Source: an uncultured Spirochaetota bacterium (GTDB lineage Bacteria > Spirochaetota > Brevinematia > Brevinematales > JAOACQ01). Taken from it: a stretch of DNA of 64,000 bases. The first letter of the stretch is position 1. Each line of letters starts with the position of its first letter. The notes under the pieces were generated by a model. That model searched no databases. It worked only from the letters and a program-made list of their open reading frames with translations, and had not been told where the DNA came from. The stretch is taken from positions 1,792,001 to 1,856,000 of the forward strand of contig CAWIGG010000002.1 in the NCBI GenBank assembly GCA_963835575.1, in the 5' to 3' direction. Both the position numbers and the translations under genes were made by a program. Positions 1 to 9,316 of this stretch are shown piece by piece.

Positions 1-2919
1 AATTTCCAGAAGGCCCAAAAAGTGCCTCTCTTCATTAAACACCGTATTTATTACAGCATCCTGAAGAAATACAGCCAGCAGTACCGCTATGAAAGCGAAT
101 CCTATGAAGAAGGCGTTCTCGCTCAGGAACTCAATATCGATAAAAAGGGGAATTTGTCCTTTACCCCGAAAGAGCCCGGCTATTACACTATATATCTCGG
201 GAATGAACGGGATATGCGCTCAAGCATTGAGATTTACGTGCGCGGAACAGAGGAAGAAAGCGTGAGCCTGAAAGAGCCGGAAAACCTTTCGATTACCTAT
301 AATAAAGAAAAATATAATATCGGCGATACGGCCCTGGTTACCGTTCATTTGCCCATACCCGGCAGGCTCTATTTCTCAATCGAAAGGGACAAAGTCATCT
401 ACTCAAAAGTCATGGACCTTGAAAATAAAAAGGCTACAATCTCTATTCCTGTTTTGACGGATTATCTGCCCAATGTCTATGTGTCGGCCTATGTGGTCCG
501 CAAGCCCGACGAAAGCCTGAAAGATCTGCCGATGAGCTCGATGGGAATCCGTAATCTCGAAGTTCTGCCTGGGACGCGAAAAATTAATATGGCCCTGGAA
601 TGCGAAAAGACGGCCAGGTCGCAGAACGGAATTGACGTAAAAGTCAGGGTGCCCGAAGCCGGGAAGGATTGCGGGGTCGTGCTCGCGGCCGTTGATGAGG
701 GCATTCTTCAGGTCACGCAGTTTGAAACGCCCGATCCTTATGAATTTTTCTACCAGAAAATATCCCTGCAGACAAAAAGCTATTCCCTATTTGACGCAGT
801 CCTGCCGGACATTAAAGCCTTCAAGGCGGCAATCGGCGGAGGCGACGAGGAAGCTTATGATATTTCCAGAAGGCATGTCAATCCCGTGTCCGCGAAAAGG
901 GTCCAATCGATCGCACTTTATTCCGGCATCCTCAAGCCCGACGCACAGGGAAATATTTCCTATCATTTTAATATTCCGCAGTTTAACGGCAGGCTCCGCG
1001 TCATGGCCCTGGCCGCCGATAAAAACCGTTTCGGTTCAGCCTCGAAAAATGTCACGGTGGCCGACCCGATCGTCGTCAGCCCCTATCTACCGAGAATGGC
1101 GGCCCCGGGCGACGAATTCGAGATCCCCGTCCGGATTTATAACAAAACCGGTAAGACCGCAGAGATACAGGTGAGCCTGGCCGTTAAAGGGCCTGTTGCT
1201 GTCATAGGCAAAAAAGTCATGTCTTTCCAGCTCCAGAATAATATGGAGAAGGAATTCACCTATTTTGCGAAAGCGCAGAACAACGCCGGGAAAGTCGTTT
1301 TTGAGTTTACCGCCGAAGGAGCCGGGGAAAGCTCAAAATCGGTTGTGGAAATGCCGGTCCGCCCGGCCCAGAACCTGAAAACGGTCAACAGCGCCGGTAT
1401 GATCAAGCCGCTCGATTCCGCGACGATCAAAGTGCCCGGCGGCTTTATGCCCTTCGGCCAGCGCGTAAGGTTCTCAATTTCACCCCGCTATCTCACAAAA
1501 TTCCTGGGTTCGATGGAATACCTTGTCCACTATCCCTACGGATGCGCCGAGCAGGTAACATCGACTCTTTTCCCGCTCCTGTACTATAAGGACCTGGCCC
1601 GCCTTACCGGCCTGTTCCCGGACGAAGCCAATGCCATCGACAACTATATCAATGAGGGTATAAAAAAACTTGAAAGTCAGCAGATGCCCGACGGGCGTTT
1701 TTCATACTGGCCCGGGGAAAATGACACATCCCCGTACCTGACGCTTTATGTTTCCCACTTCCTGCTGGAAGCGGAGCGCCTGGGTTATGAAGTCTCGCCG
1801 AAAGTCATCTCGCTCATCCATTCGTCGCTTGGCCTGGACAGCGCGGTCAAAAAACCGAAGCTTGACAGGAGAAGCGAATTCACGCTTGAAGAACTGGACA
1901 TTTACACGCTTTATATAAAAGCCCTGGCCGGAAGCCCCGACCGTGAAAAAATGGATTATCTGAGAGAAAACGAGCTCAAAAACATGGATTACGCCGACCG
2001 CTGCCGTCTGGCGTCAACGTACAGCCTCACCGGCGATAAAAAGACCGCGCTGGCCTTACTGCCCAATGAATTTGTGCTCAAATATTTCCCGCGCGCCCTG
2101 GGCGGCGATTATGATTCCATAGTGAAGCGCCTTTCGATTTATCTTTTCAGCCTCTGTGAAATAAACCCGGATGATCAGCGGAAGGAAAACCTTATTAAAG
2201 AAATCGAAAAACAGGTCCTTGACGGCCGTTTCGGGAACACGCAGGAAAATGCCCTGGCTCTTATGGCCATCGGAAAAGCTTTTGAAAAAGCGGAAGAGAA
2301 GGAAATAGCGGCTGAGCTTTATGTCAATGGGAAGCTTTATAAAGATATTAAAGGAGCGAACGCCGTTTTCCAGGACAGCGGACTTTCGGGAAAAACGCTG
2401 ACACTGGTCAACAAGGGCGGTTCTTCCTTCTATTATAATCTGCTGGCGGAAGGCGTACCGCTCACAAACACAGCATCAACTGTTAATAAAGGCATTGAGG
2501 TCAAACGAGAGTATTTTGATAAAAACGGTAAAAAACTCAACCTGACAAGCGTGCCGAAGGGAGAACTGGTCCTCGCGACAATCACACTGAAGACTCTCAC
2601 GAAAGGTATTGACAATATCGTTGTCGTCGATCTTCTGCCGGCCGGCTTCGAGATAGAAAACCCGCGCCTCAACTCAAGGGGCCAGCTTGATTTTACGCCC
2701 CCGTATAACTGGAAAGGCGCCTACGAAGACCTCAGGGACGACCGCCTCATCCTTTTTACAGGGGATGTTGACGGCACATTCCAGTATTCCTACGCCCTGA
2801 GGGCCGTGACGGCGGGCGAATTCGTCATTCCCCAGATCTACGCCGAAGCCATGTACGATCCGGACACCTATTCCATAGGAAGGGAGGAAGATAAAGTCCA
2901 TGTGGTCAAAACGGAATAA
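1..2919 (+). CDS. Bacterial alpha-2-macroglobulin (YfhM-like), 5'-truncated by the window edge
   Basis: Thioester motif YPYGCAEQ, 'LAAVDEGIL', C-terminal 'IVVVDLLPAGFEIENP...YAEAMYDP'. The frame is open to the window start and lies directly upstream of pbpC, the classic pairing. Confidence 0.93.
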   Translation, partial: NFQKAQKVPLFIKHRIYYSILKKYSQQYRYESESYEEGVLAQELNIDKKGNLSFTPKEPGYYTIYLGNERDMRSSIEIYVRGTEEESVSLKEPENLSITYNKEKYNIGDTALVTVHLPIPGRLYFSIERDKVIYSKVMDLENKKATISIPVLTDYLPNVYVSAYVVRKPDESLKDLPMSSMGIRNLEVLPGTRKINMALECEKTARSQNGIDVKVRVPEAGKDCGVVLAAVDEGILQVTQFETPDPYEFFYQKISLQTKSYSLFDAVLPDIKAFKAAIGGGDEEAYDISRRHVNPVSAKRVQSIALYSGILKPDAQGNISYHFNIPQFNGRLRVMALAADKNRFGSASKNVTVADPIVVSPYLPRMAAPGDEFEIPVRIYNKTGKTAEIQVSLAVKGPVAVIGKKVMSFQLQNNMEKEFTYFAKAQNNAGKVVFEFTAEGAGESSKSVVEMPVRPAQNLKTVNSAGMIKPLDSATIKVPGGFMPFGQRVRFSISPRYLTKFLGSMEYLVHYPYGCAEQVTSTLFPLLYYKDLARLTGLFPDEANAIDNYINEGIKKLESQQMPDGRFSYWPGENDTSPYLTLYVSHFLLEAERLGYEVSPKVISLIHSSLGLDSAVKKPKLDRRSEFTLEELDIYTLYIKALAGSPDREKMDYLRENELKNMDYADRCRLASTYSLTGDKKTALALLPNEFVLKYFPRALGGDYDSIVKRLSIYLFSLCEINPDDQRKENLIKEIEKQVLDGRFGNTQENALALMAIGKAFEKAEEKEIAAELYVNGKLYKDIKGANAVFQDSGLSGKTLTLVNKGGSSFYYNLLAEGVPLTNTASTVNKGIEVKREYFDKNGKKLNLTSVPKGELVLATITLKTLTKGIDNIVVVDLLPAGFEIENPRLNSRGQLDFTPPYNWKGAYEDLRDDRLILFTGDVDGTFQYSYALRAVTAGEFVIPQIYAEAMYDPDTYSIGREEDKVHVVKTE

Positions 2920-5269
2920 ACTGTATTTTCTCAGAATTCCTTTTTTTCTGCAGAGACTGAAGCGTCTCTTTTTCTTATTCCTGTCAATTCTCAGCTTGTT
3001 CCTGATTCTGGACGCACTCTGTCCCCTGCCCCGGGAGAGGATTGATAAAGATTTTTCGACGGTCTATCTGGACAGAAACGGCGAGCTTCTGCGCATCACC
3101 CTCTCTCCGTCGGAAAAATACCGGGTCAGGCTGCCCCTTGAGCAGATATCGCCCTATCTCCGGAAGGGTTTTATATTATATGAAGACCGCTACTTTTTCC
3201 TGCATCCCGGGGTGAATCCGGTATCGGTCAGCCGCGCCGTCATACAGAACCTCGGCGGCGGAAGGATTGTTTCCGGAGCGTCCACTCTTTCCATGCAGAT
3301 CGCCCGGATGCTTTATAACAGGCCGCGGACGGTTTTTTCCAAAATCCTCGAGATGTTCAACGCCATTCAGCTTGAGTTTTATTATTCAAAAAATGAACTC
3401 CTCGAAATATATCTCAACATGATACCGATGGGCGGCAATATCGAAGGGGTCGGCGCGGCCGCTTATTTTTACTTCGGGAAAAACGCGCTTGACCTGAGCC
3501 TATCGGAAACGGCGCTCCTGATCGGCATACCGAATTCGCCCAATCAGAACAGGCCCGACCTCTATCCCGAAAACGCCCGGAAAATGGAACTGGCCGTCCT
3601 TTCCCGGATCTATAAAGAAATGGGCATTTCCCTCGGCGAAGCTGAAAAAGCCGCTGGTAATATCCTCAGGATTCAAAGGCATGAAAATCCCTTCCTCTGC
3701 CCGCACCTGATTGAGGCCGGTAAAAAAGGCGATCCCGGTTTTATCCGGAAGACTGCCATCGATCTCAATATTCAATACTACTGTGAAAGCGTATTGAGTA
3801 AATACAGCGCGGACCATAAAAAGAAAGAGATATACAACGGGGCGATAATAGTCGCTGATAATGAGACAGGCGAGGTGCTGGCCTATGCCGGCTCGCCGGA
3901 CTATTACGACCGGGAACATAACGGCCAGGTGAACGGCTGCGCCGTCCGGCGCTCGCCGGGTTCCGCTTTAAAACCTTTCATTTACGCGCGTGCGCTGGAA
4001 GAAGGAATGCTGACGCCTCAGGGGCTTGTTTACGACATCCCGAAGACTTTTGAGGACTCTTTCACGCCGGAGAATTTCAGCAAATCCTGCCATGGGATCG
4101 TGACGGCGGAATACGCCCTCATCAATTCGCTCAATATTCCAGCAGTCAGGCTTGAGGAAAGCCTGAACGGGAAAGGCCTTTCCTATGTTTTGAAAAAAAT
4201 ATTCCCTGAAGACCGGGATATACTTATAGACCGGGCCGGCCTTTCGCTCCCGCTGGGAAGCTTTGCCGTTTCACTTGAGGAAGCCGTCTCGCTCTATCGG
4301 ATGCTGGCCCGCGGCGGCATATACAGCCCTTTGAAGTTCTATTTAAATGAAAATCCGGCCGCGGCCTATTCCCGCCGCGTTCTTGACCCCAGGTCCTGCT
4401 TTATCATTTCAGAAATGCTTTCCGATTATTACCGGCCGGACATGCCCTATTCATGGGAGTTCGCGCCGCACCTCGCGAAAGCGGCGCTTAAGACCGGCAC
4501 CTCTTTCGGACTGAAAGACGCCTGGTGCATCGGCTACAACCCGAAATACACCATCGGGATCTGGATAGGCAATGCCGATTCGCGCGGCTCGCCCTTTCTT
4601 GTCGGTGCCCAGATTGCCTCGCCGATCTTTGTCGAGATATTCGATTTTCTGACAAAAAATAACGACCGCTGGTTTACAAAGCCCGATGGCGTGGAGAAAA
4701 GAATGATCTGCGCAGTATCGGGCGAAAAACCCGGCCCTTACTGCAGAAATCTTAAAGAGGATTATTACATCCCCGGCGTTTCATCGGAAAAGACCTGTTC
4801 GGTCCATAAAAAGATATTTATCCGGAAAAAAGATAATGTAGAAGTCTGCCCGCTCTGTATGAAAGGCCCGGCTTCACTGTACCGCGAAGAGATAATAGAA
4901 GAATGGCCGGCCGAAACCGCTTCCTTTCTGCGCGAAACGGGACGGTCGCTCGCGATCATCCCGCCCCATAATCCCGACTGCCCTAACTATTTCACGAAAA
5001 ACGGGCCGAAAATCATTTCCCCCCGCGACCAGTCTGTCTATTACATCGATCCGAAAGTCCCGCCCGAAAAACAGAAAATCCGGCTCAAGGCCTTTACGGC
5101 CCAGGATTCCGGCAAGATCTTCTGGTTTTCCGAAAGCCGGCTGATCGACAGCGGCCCGCCCGAGAAACCCTGTTTCTTCACACCGAAGCCGGGAAGCTAT
5201 CTGATCTCGATCCTTGATTCGAAAGGGAGGAGTGACACGGCTTTAATCAGGATTTATCCATCGCGATGA
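2900..5269 (+). CDS. pbpC: Penicillin-binding protein 1C (transglycosylase-transpeptidase)
   Basis: GT51 motifs EDRYF/HPGVN/GASTLSMQ, transpeptidase SxxK (GSALKPF), SxN (SLN), KTGT, Cys-rich C-terminal region; overlaps the A2M stop. Confidence 0.93.
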   Translation: MWSKRNKLYFLRIPFFLQRLKRLFFLFLSILSLFLILDALCPLPRERIDKDFSTVYLDRNGELLRITLSPSEKYRVRLPLEQISPYLRKGFILYEDRYFFLHPGVNPVSVSRAVIQNLGGGRIVSGASTLSMQIARMLYNRPRTVFSKILEMFNAIQLEFYYSKNELLEIYLNMIPMGGNIEGVGAAAYFYFGKNALDLSLSETALLIGIPNSPNQNRPDLYPENARKMELAVLSRIYKEMGISLGEAEKAAGNILRIQRHENPFLCPHLIEAGKKGDPGFIRKTAIDLNIQYYCESVLSKYSADHKKKEIYNGAIIVADNETGEVLAYAGSPDYYDREHNGQVNGCAVRRSPGSALKPFIYARALEEGMLTPQGLVYDIPKTFEDSFTPENFSKSCHGIVTAEYALINSLNIPAVRLEESLNGKGLSYVLKKIFPEDRDILIDRAGLSLPLGSFAVSLEEAVSLYRMLARGGIYSPLKFYLNENPAAAYSRRVLDPRSCFIISEMLSDYYRPDMPYSWEFAPHLAKAALKTGTSFGLKDAWCIGYNPKYTIGIWIGNADSRGSPFLVGAQIASPIFVEIFDFLTKNNDRWFTKPDGVEKRMICAVSGEKPGPYCRNLKEDYYIPGVSSEKTCSVHKKIFIRKKDNVEVCPLCMKGPASLYREEIIEEWPAETASFLRETGRSLAIIPPHNPDCPNYFTKNGPKIISPRDQSVYYIDPKVPPEKQKIRLKAFTAQDSGKIFWFSESRLIDSGPPEKPCFFTPKPGSYLISILDSKGRSDTALIRIYPSR

Positions 5270-5391
5270 CAATATATCGATATATAATCAGAAAAATATT
5301 TATTATATTTTCTCCATTTTCTCTCATTTTTAACACCTTTTAACAATTTTTCGGTATTAAGGCTTATGTGGATATTTCCACAGGGGCCAAA

Positions 5392-5585
5392 ATGCCGGAC
5401 TATATTCCGAAGACAAGAAACACTGTTCAGGAAATACTGGAAGATCATTTTCCAGACTTTCAGTCCTCATATGACGCTGATTATTCAGGAATTTACGGGA
5501 AATTTAATGGTTCGACGGGCTCACCACAAGCCTGGAGAGGATCTCTGAATCCGTCGGCCGATTCCTGGAATGCGGCGATTATTCA
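5392..5585 (+). pseudogene. IS91-family (Zn-binding Y2 type) transposase N-terminal remnant, copy 1
   Basis: Reads MPDYIPKTRNTVQEILEDHF...YGKF then LERISESVGRFLECGDYS once the 23-bp insert at 5507-5529 is removed; ends abruptly at 5585. Confidence 0.7.
5457..5585 (+). repeat. 129-bp exact direct repeat, copy 1 (copy 2 at 7167-7295)
   Basis: Identical sequence CTTTCAGTCC...GATTATTCA at offset 1710. Confidence 0.95.
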
Positions 5586-5784
5586 GTTGTTGGTATTACA
5601 ACTTATCTTCTGAGAAAATCGACAATATTTTGCGTTTTATATACCTTTTCTTTACATTATCCTTGGTTGGAATTATAAAAATTCCTATCAGTTTTTGTTT
5701 ATAAATTATAGGATTAATGAGCTCAAACCCGAGATTTTGGAACAACCATATTACTTCTGAGGTTTTTATATAAGGGGTGTTTTT

Positions 5785-7119
5785 ATGAAATCCATAAGTC
5801 TTTTTTTTGTTATACTCTTTCTCGGGAGTATAATGCTTGTATCTTGTGCTGAACAGACAGAAGTGAAAAGCGCATTGATAAAAGAAAATCAGGAAATGGG
5901 TAATCAGACAAATGCTACTTATCTTGAGAAAGAAACGGAGTCTTCGACAATTGCTAAGCATAAGATTCTGATTACTCCTTTTGAATATTCTTCAACAAAC
6001 TCAAAATATCCTAATCCTGAGATATACAAAACAATATTCTTCTCTTCATTCTATAATTTGTTTTCAGTTCTTCCAACAATTGATCTTCCCGATAAAAGTG
6101 TTCTATTATCTATGAATCTTTCTGAAGATACTATTTCAAACCTGGCTGATCAATACAAATCTGATTACATTGTCTTTGGGGATTATGGCCTTAAGGGGGA
6201 CAAATCAAAACCTGAAGCTATTGTGAACCTTAAGATATGGAATAAACTGTCAGGTTCTATTTCAACAAATAGCATTATTACGCCGACCGATGCGGATTTA
6301 TTCGACAACATTGATTTGATGTCTTCAAAAATGGTCAAGACAATGCTGAATGAGGAAATGAAGATAGCATATATTAATTTTAATAATCTCGACACAGGAA
6401 AAGAGAAACTCGGGATTTTCATTAATCACAGGCTTGTGGCTGAGCCAATATCAAATGATTTCAAACTCAATATGAAAATATTATCTGGCAAAGACTACAA
6501 TGTCAGCATTAGAAGGTTTTCAGATGGCAAACTTCTTAAAGATGATGTCGCTAATTTAAAACCAGGTGAAACAAAGAGTTACAGTGCCACAAATATTAGA
6601 GTGAATCTTATAAAGAATGCTACTTTTGATAAATCAAATGAATTAAAATACTTGGAATTTAAATCTAATGATGATTATTATAATAAACTATTATCTATTG
6701 AACATGCAGGTAAATGGCATTTTACGGTTAGAGATATGGCTAAGGCGACAGTAAATATTGAGGAAAATGTATGTCATATTAAAATAAATAAAACTGGAGA
6801 TTATTGGTATTCGGTAACTCTTCGCCCGTCACCAATTAAATTGAAATATGGAAAAAAATATCGTTTATCTTTTGATGCGAGAGCTGCAAATATTTTTAAA
6901 CTTTATTATAAAATTCAAAAATTATGGACTTGGGAAAATTATGTTTCTTTGGGATATAACCTTGATTCTAGTTTATTAAAAATAAATAATGAAATGAAAA
7001 ATTATTCATTTATATTCAAAATGAATTATTCGAGTGATGAAAAATCAATATTGATTTTTGGGTTTGGTGATGTTGATGATGTCTGGATAAGCAATGTATG
7101 GTTGGAAGAAATAGATTAA
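5785..7119 (+). CDS. AT-rich lipoprotein with a C-terminal carbohydrate-binding (CBM4/9-like) domain
   Basis: Lipobox MLVSC; 'VNLIKNATF...KLKYGKKYRLSFDARA...DVWISNVWLEE' resembles CBM_4_9; clearly lower GC than the flanks. Confidence 0.65.
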   Translation: MKSISLFFVILFLGSIMLVSCAEQTEVKSALIKENQEMGNQTNATYLEKETESSTIAKHKILITPFEYSSTNSKYPNPEIYKTIFFSSFYNLFSVLPTIDLPDKSVLLSMNLSEDTISNLADQYKSDYIVFGDYGLKGDKSKPEAIVNLKIWNKLSGSISTNSIITPTDADLFDNIDLMSSKMVKTMLNEEMKIAYINFNNLDTGKEKLGIFINHRLVAEPISNDFKLNMKILSGKDYNVSIRRFSDGKLLKDDVANLKPGETKSYSATNIRVNLIKNATFDKSNELKYLEFKSNDDYYNKLLSIEHAGKWHFTVRDMAKATVNIEENVCHIKINKTGDYWYSVTLRPSPIKLKYGKKYRLSFDARAANIFKLYYKIQKLWTWENYVSLGYNLDSSLLKINNEMKNYSFIFKMNYSSDEKSILIFGFGDVDDVWISNVWLEEID

Positions 7120-7128
7120 ATGAATTCT

Positions 7129-7157
7129 AAGGGCTGCCTTATGACAGCCCCTTTTTT
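7129..7157 (+). terminator. Intrinsic terminator
   Basis: AAGGGCTG-ccttatga-CAGCCCCTT followed by a T-run, just after the stop. Confidence 0.7.
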
Positions 7158-7166
7158 ATAGCCTTT

Positions 7167-7475
7167 CTTTCAGTCCTCATATGACGCTGATTATTCAGGA
7201 ATTTACGGGAAATTTAATGGTTCGACGGGCTCACCACAAGCCTGGAGAGGATCTCTGAATCCGTCGGCCGATTCCTGGAATGCGGCGATTATTCAAAGGG
7301 CATCGCCCGAATTCAGTGTACAGACCCGGATTGCGGTCACGAATATTTCCGACCATTCTCCTGTAAGCAGTGGTACTTGTGCCCTTCATGCCATTGGTTC
7401 GGCAGGCTCACCACAGGCGCCAACGGCTTCTTTTATTTTCAGAACATCTTTGTAATGAAACTCTTCTAAAGCTTC
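7167..7475 (+). pseudogene. IS91-family transposase remnant, copy 2, containing the zinc-binding domain
   Basis: FLECGDYSKGIARIQCTDPDCGHEYFRPFSCKQWYLCPSCH then RQRLLLFSEHLCNE; frameshifted by two 23-bp inserts; no catalytic HUH/Y2 part follows. Confidence 0.8.
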
Positions 7476-7900
7476 AACAGAACAGTTGGGAATATTCGGC
7501 AGAAAATTACTGGAATGTGTATTTGAATAATTGCGTTGATTCGCTAAACGATTCAATAAATCGCCTTGATACGTATTATGTTTCGGCTTATTATTAAAGA
7601 TTTTACCGAACTGAGCCTGCCCAATGTGTGTATCGGTAAGATATAAATCATCGCTGTCATTACGGAATTTCATAGTTTATAAGTAAATTAGAGTTTTCGT
7701 TAAAAAATAATCAAAACTTTTTTGGTTTTGCGTCATTTTATCGAGTTTTTATACTTCTTAGATGATAACTTTTCTTATTCAGTCAACAACATGCGATGGA
7801 TTTCCCGGTTCATTTATAGAGTTTTATTTTAAACCGGGAATATCCCAAAAAAGTGAATTGAAAAACATGCCTCTTGAGATATTCCCATTATTCTTATTTA

Positions 7901-9070
7901 TCAACTCTCCGCAAACTCATCATAGTCTTCATAAGATTTGATCTTTTTGCCGGTGAGCCGGATGATATAGCCGCCGATTAAACCGCCGGCATAAGCTAAA
8001 ACCACTGTGAATACAATACCTGTCAATTGCGCTTTTGCTATTCCCGGCACAAAAAATATGGCGGCCAAACCGCCCAGTAACCCCGGCATTCCATGCAGAT
8101 TATGAACGCCGCATGTATCTTCAATCTTCAGGAATTTTTGAAGCGCGGGCTGTATGAAGACATAGCCTACAACACATAAAGTCCCCGCCGCGATCCCGAT
8201 TACGAAAGCCCAGGGCGCGCTGACCACGCTGCATGCGGCCCCGATCGCGACACCGCCGGCAAGGGCCGCATTGGCGATATCCGAAATGAGCGGTTTGCCT
8301 TTCCGAAGCAGAACGCTGAAAACATAGGTGCTGAGGGTCGCGCCGCATAAGGCAAGTATTGTGTTGACCGCGGTCTGCTGAAATTGTTCATGCGGAACAA
8401 CAGCGCAGCAGAAACTGGGCCAGAAAATCCATAATACCATGGAACCGATCATTGAAAACCTGTCCGATGTAGGGTCGCTCTCAATCTTTTGAACTCTCGG
8501 TTTTTTAGTTATCAATGCCATCGCAAGCCCGAGGCCGAAATACGCTCCGAAAGCATGGATAATGATTGAGCCGGCGGAATCGATAAAACCTTTCGTTATT
8601 CCCAGGCCGCCGTTCAGGACCATCCACTCATTGAACATGTAAATAGGAACTATGATTACAGCCAGCAGGGCATACTGGTAAATGCGCAGGCGGCCCAGAA
8701 CAGCGCCCATGGCGATGAGAGCGGATGCCGCCGCGAACTCTGCAAATAAGAGCGCTTTTATGGTACCGGCTGAAACAGGCTCTCCGGATACAATGCCGAA
8801 ATTTCTCAGCAATAAATAAAGGGGCAATCCCACGGCTACTACCATCAAAGTTCCAGTTGTCGCGCTGTACCCGTATTTTTTAACAAAGACCATCAGAAAA
8901 CCAAATCCGACCAGAAGCATCGCCAGAATATTAATTGAAAAATTATACTGCTGCACCTGCCTTAAATTTTCAACGATATTTGCGCCGTTTCCGGCCTCAG
9001 CCAGCAGCTGCGACGGAACTATCAGCGCCAGGACAAGAAAGCATACGAGAGCTGAAATTTTTTTTCGCAT
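7901..9070 (-). CDS. Rh50-type ammonium/ammonia channel (Amt/Mep/Rh family)
   Basis: 'NILAMLLVGFGFLMVF.KKYGYSATTGT', 'DSAGSIIIHAFGAYFG', 'LWIFWPSF', 'DTCGVHNLHGMPG' are Rh-subfamily-like. Start chosen at MRKK after RBS AAGGAG. Confidence 0.88.
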   Translation of the reverse strand: MRKKISALVCFLVLALIVPSQLLAEAGNGANIVENLRQVQQYNFSINILAMLLVGFGFLMVFVKKYGYSATTGTLMVVAVGLPLYLLLRNFGIVSGEPVSAGTIKALLFAEFAAASALIAMGAVLGRLRIYQYALLAVIIVPIYMFNEWMVLNGGLGITKGFIDSAGSIIIHAFGAYFGLGLAMALITKKPRVQKIESDPTSDRFSMIGSMVLWIFWPSFCCAVVPHEQFQQTAVNTILALCGATLSTYVFSVLLRKGKPLISDIANAALAGGVAIGAACSVVSAPWAFVIGIAAGTLCVVGYVFIQPALQKFLKIEDTCGVHNLHGMPGLLGGLAAIFFVPGIAKAQLTGIVFTVVLAYAGGLIGGYIIRLTGKKIKSYEDYDEFAES

Positions 9071-9316
9071 AGACAAAACTCCTTTTATATATTTCATTCT
9101 TTAAAAACAGGATTATTTAAAATCCAAAAAATACTCTAGAATACGATAGGGATAGATGGACAGGAATCTATTTTTTTTAATAGTCAGTATTTTAACAGAA
9201 CGTTTTAATTATCGCAATTTAGAAATATTTTTAAACATATTTAAAATCCCTTCCTCTGCGCGAAACCGGGCGGCCGCTCGCGGTCATCCCGGCGCATTTT
9301 CCGCTTTCAGCCTCTT

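Noticed and set aside
7476..7673. Possible degraded ATPase fragment on the minus strand
   Set aside because: Only a THSS-like word is visible, which is not enough for a call.
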